Shown here: one piece after another, positions 6,307 through 12,029 of the stretch | Layout: each line of letters opens with the position of its first letter | Position numbering within the stretch: position 1 is the stretch's first letter | Assembly: GCA_963793305.1 (NCBI GenBank) | Contig: CAWBZV010000015.1 | Location: forward strand, 1-12,029 | Length of the DNA: 12,029 nucleotides | DNA from: an uncultured Gemmatimonadales bacterium | Lineage (GTDB): Bacteria > Gemmatimonadota > Gemmatimonadetes > Gemmatimonadales > Gemmatimonadaceae | Direction of reading: 5' to 3' | The notes under the pieces: model-generated | Database searches by the model: none | What the model was told of the DNA's origin: nothing | The model's input: only the letters and a program-made list of their open reading frames with translations | Made by a program: the position numbers and the translations under genes

Positions 6307-7537
6307 GCCTGCCGCATGCCCTCGAGCGCCTCGTCGCGCGCCGAGAGCAGCTCCTCGGCCGCCGCGCTCTCGTAGAGGGCATCCGTGGTTGTCGCGCCTG
6401 CCGGCGTTGCGGCGGCGACGAGGGCGTCGTTCCGCAAGGCGACGACGACGGGTAAATGCACGCGAGCGCCGCGTGTCGTGAGGGCCAGCAACGAGCGCGA
6501 GGAGCGCACGTCGATCACGTCCGTGAACAAAACCAACAAGGAGCGGCGCGTGAGGCGTGTTTGGATCGTGCGGAAGGCGGCCGCGTAGTCCGGCTCTACC
6601 AACGTCGGCTGCACAGGCACCAACGCGTCGCGAATCAATCGTAATGCCGCCGCCCCGCGGGTAGGCGGGATGTACGAGCGGACCTCGTCGTCGAAGACCA
6701 GGAGACCGGCATGATCACCCGCGCGCGTGACGACGTTCGCCAACACGAGAGCCGACGAGAGCGCGTACTCGAAGCGAGGGAGCGACCCCGCGAGCTGGGT
6801 CATCAGGCGACCCGCATCGACCATGATCATGACGGTCTGCCCCTGCTCGACCGAGTACTCGCGCGAGATCAACCGGCGGCGCCGCGCCGTGGCCTTCCAG
6901 TCGATGTGCCGCGGATCGTCGCCGATCGCGTACTCGCGCAGTCCAGCAAACGCCGTCCCCTCGCCGCGGCGGCGAAGCACGCGCAAGCCGACCTCGCGGA
7001 GTCGCATGGGCAGAGAGCGCAGCTCGAAGCGACGGAGGGCCGCGACCGATGGAATGACCGTGATCGTGTCGGCCAGCTTGTAGCGCAACGTACGCGCCAC
7101 GAGACCCAAGGGGCCGATCAAGCGAAGGACGACGGGCCCCAGTGGAAACTCGCCGCGCTCGCGGCCGACGAACGTGACGGGCAATGCAACCTCGGCCTGA
7201 GCCCGTAGCGCGAACGGCAACGGCTGCGGTTCGCCGCGCGTGATCGCGTGGGGCAGGGCGTCATAGAGCGCGCCGCGGACGACGATCGGCCACCGGGACT
7301 GCAGGCGATAGACGACTGGCGCCGCATTAGTGACGCCGACCGCGCCCGGCGCGAGCCGTTCGACAACGACCGAGCGCCGCCCCGGCATGAACGCCATGTC
7401 GGCGAGGCAACCCAACACGAGCGCGATGAGCGCATACACCGCCGGCGACAGCCCGTACCACGCGATGGGCGCCAGCCAGAGCACGGAGGAGACGAGCACC
7501 GCCGTGGCCAATCGCCGCGTCGGCGAGAACGGGATCG

Positions 7538-7541
<4 letters not shown>
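6216..7541 (-). CDS. DUF58 domain protein (MoxR-associated, vWA-like)
   Basis: N-terminal TM pair, RGEGTAFAGLREYAIGDDPRHIDWKATARRRRLISREY, IMVDAGRLM and RRSLLVLFTD. 4-nt GTGA overlap with MoxR. Confidence 0.95.
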
Positions 7542-8502
<961 letters not shown>

Positions 8503-8506
<4 letters not shown>

Positions 8507-9695
8507 GTCCCCAGTACCCGGTCGATGTGGTCCACCGCGCGTCCGACCGCCAACAGCTCGGCCGGAGTGATCCCGTCGCTCACGCCGTGAAGGATATGCT
8601 GGACGTTATCGGCCAGCGGCGGATTCTGCGCCGCGACGCCCTGGAGATACGCTTCATCGTTCCGCACGCCCTTGCGCGAATGCCGCCGCCTGAGCCCCCG
8701 AATGAGCCGCCGCACGGCGGTACGCGTGGCGTTGACGCGCGCGTACGCCCGCGCCAGCGCCGCGACATGCTCCAACGCCGATCGCCGCTCGATGCGCTTG
8801 CGGCTGGTCGGCGCCACCGGGCGCCACGCGGCAACCGCCAGCAGGATGAGCGCCGCCACCGCGATCTGCGCCAAGGTGCGTCCTTCGGACGTGTCGGTGA
8901 GGAAATTGCCGACGGCCGACCATATCCCCGCCCTCGCCCCGAAATCATGTTCGTCGAACACGAGCACGGGTCGCTTGCCGGCCGAGGCGTAGTCGAGCAT
9001 GCGGACAGCGGCGGGGCCAAGGCCGTACCGACACACGCGAATGACGTTACTCCCGCAAGAGATCCGCGTCCGACACCACGACTACTCGCCCCTCGCCAAA
9101 TCGGTAGCCGACAGCTGCGGCCGATATCGTCTTGTCGGTGTCCGATTGGACGGCGACGAATAGCGCGGCGTCATCCGGCGACGCGCGCGAGCGGCTGATC
9201 GAGTTGAGTCGCACGGAATCATCTGGCCACATTGGCACGGGCGACCCTGCGTCCTCATCGGACAGTCGAGCGGTGGCTGTGGGACCATAACCCGGCCGGG
9301 TGCCGAGGCGACATGCAGTGAGTCGTTCAAGGCGGAGGCCCCATTAGAAACAACGTAGACTAGCCCGGCGCCCCGGCGAACCGCGTCGAGAATAGCGTGC
9401 GCCTCACGGATGGTTGGCGACACCGGCGGATCGAGCAGAAGGTAGACGCGATCCGAGTCGAGCGGCGCGGCGATGCTCCTCGACGCCGCGACTCGGGCCA
9501 TCCCAATCGCCCAGCGATCTCGTACAACCCGCGGGCACCCCCGGGGCTCGCCGAATCGGACGACAGCGCTCCGCGGACCATGAGGGGCGTCGCCGAGGGC
9601 GTCGGTTCGAGCAGGATCGCCGCGATGAGCGCGGCGGCGATGACGGGCAGCGCGATCTTCGGCGAGAGGAGCCGTTCGACGAGCGACTTCGCCAT
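8503..9695 (-). CDS. DUF4350-like membrane-anchored protein, split by several frameshifts
   Basis: Pieces in different frames: N-terminal TM plus SSDSASPGGARGLYEIAGRLG, YLLLDPPVSP...LDAVRRGAGLVYV, GEGRVVVVSDADLL, LVFDEH and RRSALEHVAALARAY. It lies directly upstream of MoxR with a 4-nt overlap. Confidence 0.8.
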
Positions 9696-9701
9696 ACCGC
9701 G

Positions 9702-10323
9702 TCAGCCGAGCGACCCGAGCTCGGGGTCGATCCGCCCGGCGAGCTCCAGGAGCGACTGGAACCTGGGCTGATCGCACGACCCGAGTCGATAGATCACGAC
9801 CTCGTAGCCTCTGGCGAATTCACGAAACGGACCGAAGACCGTGGGCGCCGTGCGCCGCAGGTCGCGCGCGTAGTCGCCCGCGGTCTTGGAGGGATCTCGG
9901 AACCGGAGCGGCACCCGCGCGGACACGCGGTCGAGGAGCGCTTCATAGAGCGCGTGGGCCGCGTCGGTGTATGCACCGCTCGCCGCGAGTCGTTTGGCGA
10001 GCGCCCACGGATCACCGCCCTTGCCGGGGCGCATCGGGCGTGTGAAATGCGCCGCGTATCCTCCGCCCGGCGAGTATGCGAGAAGATACGAAACGCCCGA
10101 TGGTGAGCAGGGCGACCGCCACGATGCCATACACGATGAGGTGCTTGGCCGCCGGGGATCGGTCGATCGCGTTGAAGAGACTCGCCACCCAAGTCATGAC
10201 GCGCAGCAGCCAGCGACTCATGATCGAGGTCGGCCCCGTCGTCGTGCGACCGTACGCGTGCTGCCGGAATACGGCGGCGACCGTATCCTGTACGGTCGCC
10301 GCGCCAGCGGAATCGAGTTGCAG
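9702..10323 (-). CDS. DUF4129-like membrane protein, frameshifted; start approximate
   Basis: N-part VQDTVAAVFRQHAY plus a TM segment. C-part AASGAYTDAAHALYEALL...DPSKTAGDYARDL...FARGYEVVIY. Indel near 10050-10090. Confidence 0.75.
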
Positions 10324-10327
10324 GTGG

Positions 10328-11127
10328 CTACGCCGGTTGGGGCTTCGCCGGGGTGCTCCGGGTCCGCCCGTTTGCTGCGCCATCAATTCGATGTCTGATC
10401 CCTTTTTCCGAATGCGCGCATCTGTAGTACAACAGCGTCATCTGCGACTGGCGCGAGGGGCAGCAGCGCGCTGGCTCCGAGTGCCAGGATGATCTGGCTG
10501 ATCAACGTCTGTCCGCCGAAGCCGCCCGCGAGGCCCGCGATGAAAAAGATGATGAGGAAGCCGACGAAGTAGATGACGAACCCGACGAGCCCGGTGAGAA
10601 AAATGTGTCCTTTGAGCCCCTTCGACAAATCGAACGATCGGGTACGTGGCATTACCAGCGCTCAACCCTTCGAACGCGATGATGCACGGCATTGCGAACA
10701 GGCCGAGGGCGACATAAATGCCCGGAATAATGAGGGAGCTATGCGAGACCAATCGCGACCGACTGATAGACGTAGTCCCCCAGGCCATCCCCTGGCGCTC
10801 GCTTCATGGCGCGACTGATCGCGTCGGCGACGACGACGGGCTCGCCGAGATACGCATCGAGCTGGCCAGGAAGAGGGCGGTCTGGAAGATCGCGCTCAGG
10901 GCAATGAAGAGGATAAAAAACACGATCAACGCGGTGATGCTGAAGGCGCTCGGCGTGGAACCGTTCCGCGCGCGCTTTGGGGCACGAGCAGCGGCGGGAT
11001 CACGTAGAGCGGCACCGTGAACAGCGCCGACAACGTGTAGAACGTCGGCGAAGTTGCCGCGCATGATCTGTATCGTCGCGTCGATCAACTCCGTGGCCGA
11101 GCGGGCACGGTACGCGGCAGCCGACAC
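10328..11127 (-). CDS. Multi-pass membrane protein typical of MoxR/DUF58/DUF4350 clusters, heavily frameshifted
   Basis: GTG 11127 with GGAGG RBS (VSAAAYRARSATELIDATIQI). Segments IIPGIYVALGLF, RSFDLSKG and DARIRKKGSDIELMA lie in different frames. Likely TAG at 10328-10330. Confidence 0.7.
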
Positions 11128-11201
11128 TGGAGCCTCCAGGAAGGGGAACAGGCTTATCGCGCTAAGATCGCGCCGAAGGGCCCTGGAAAGTAAATAGCTG
11201 G

Positions 11202-11493
11202 TTACGTCGAGGGCTCGCCCGCGCCGGGCCTCGTAGTGCGCCTCGCACTCATCCCACACCCACGCCGCCAGCAAGTAGCCGACCGCACCGCACGCGACAA
11301 AGAGTCCGACGACCGCACTCCAAACGATCGCGCGCTCACGCAGGGTGTGATACGCAACCGTGACGATACTGCACGGCACACCCCACCCGGCGACGCCGTA
11401 GCGCCACAGAAACGCATACTGCCCACCGGCACGCAATCGCGTCCAGCGGGCCAACGCGTCCGGATGCGCGGCGTCGGGCCAGGGAATGCTCAG
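11202..11493 (-). CDS. Small hypothetical two-TM membrane protein; ends approximate
   Basis: [25 protein letters not shown]...[28 protein letters not shown] directly follows the acyl-CoA dehydrogenase stop. The probable stop TAA at 11202-11204 needs one indel. Confidence 0.5.
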
Positions 11494-12029
11494 CGCAGCA
11501 CCGCCTTGGCGATCGTCTGAAGCTGCATGTTCGACATGTTCCCTTCGTAGATCGTGCCGATCTTCGCGTCCCGATAGAACTTCTCGACGGGATACTCCGT
11601 CGTATACCCATACCCGCCGAACAACTCCACGCAGAGCGAGGTCACGCGCTCGCACACCTGCGAGGAGAAGAGCTTCGCCATCGCCCCTTCACGCGCAATA
11701 TCCTGCCCGGCGTCCTTGAGCCGCGCGGCGTTGTACACCATGAGCCGCGCCGCCTCGAGCTCCGTCGCGGCCTGCGCAACCTGGAATTGATCTGGAACTC
11801 GGCCAACGGCTTGCCGAACTGCTTGCGCTCCTTCAGGTACCCGAGCGCAGCGTCGAGCGCGCCGCCCGCGACCCCGATCATTTCTGCGCGCCGATGCCGA
11901 TTCGCCCGCCATTCAACGTCTCGATCGCGATCTTGTAGCCCTGGCCCACGGGACCCAGCACGTTCTCGCCCGGCACGACACAGTCGTCGAGGATCAACTC
12001 GACGGTGCTCGACGCCCGAATCCCCAGCT
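11490..12029 (-). CDS. Acyl-CoA dehydrogenase (short/branched-chain type), C-terminal part; runs off the window; two apparent frameshifts
   Basis: [48 protein letters not shown] and [27 protein letters not shown]. Indels near 11883 and 11790. Confidence 0.95.

Noticed and set aside
10804..11655. 283-aa fusion ORF
   Set aside because: It stitches an off-frame part of the acyl-CoA dehydrogenase, the small membrane gene and the next gene, which has its own RBS and GTG at 11127. It is best explained by indels.

Overview
High-GC bacterial window with two parts. The right half (6216-12029, minus strand) is a housekeeping-type cluster: acyl-CoA dehydrogenase, two membrane proteins, DUF4129-like, DUF4350-like, MoxR AAA+ ATPase and DUF58 (vWA-like). 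Many genes right of ~8.5 kb carry several indels that look like long-read or assembly errors. The left half (1-6215) is a lower-GC accessory region. It holds a 402-aa orphan, a DUF6941-like protein, a three-gene operon (DUF5674-like, helical partner, membrane protein), a stand-alone PIN-like protein with a large insertion, a Rid-family gene and a second diverged copy of the helical partner. The main observation is that the 3' end of the DUF58 gene recurs twice downstream in the same orientation: 15 bp exact at 3557-3571, and 92 bp plus a further 35-bp piece joined by an exact 40-codon deletion at 2225-2349. Each copy sits at a boundary between cargo blocks. This suggests serial accretion of cargo at the tail of a protein-coding gene, with no integrase or transposase in the window. 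Family names come from motif recognition only; no database was searched.
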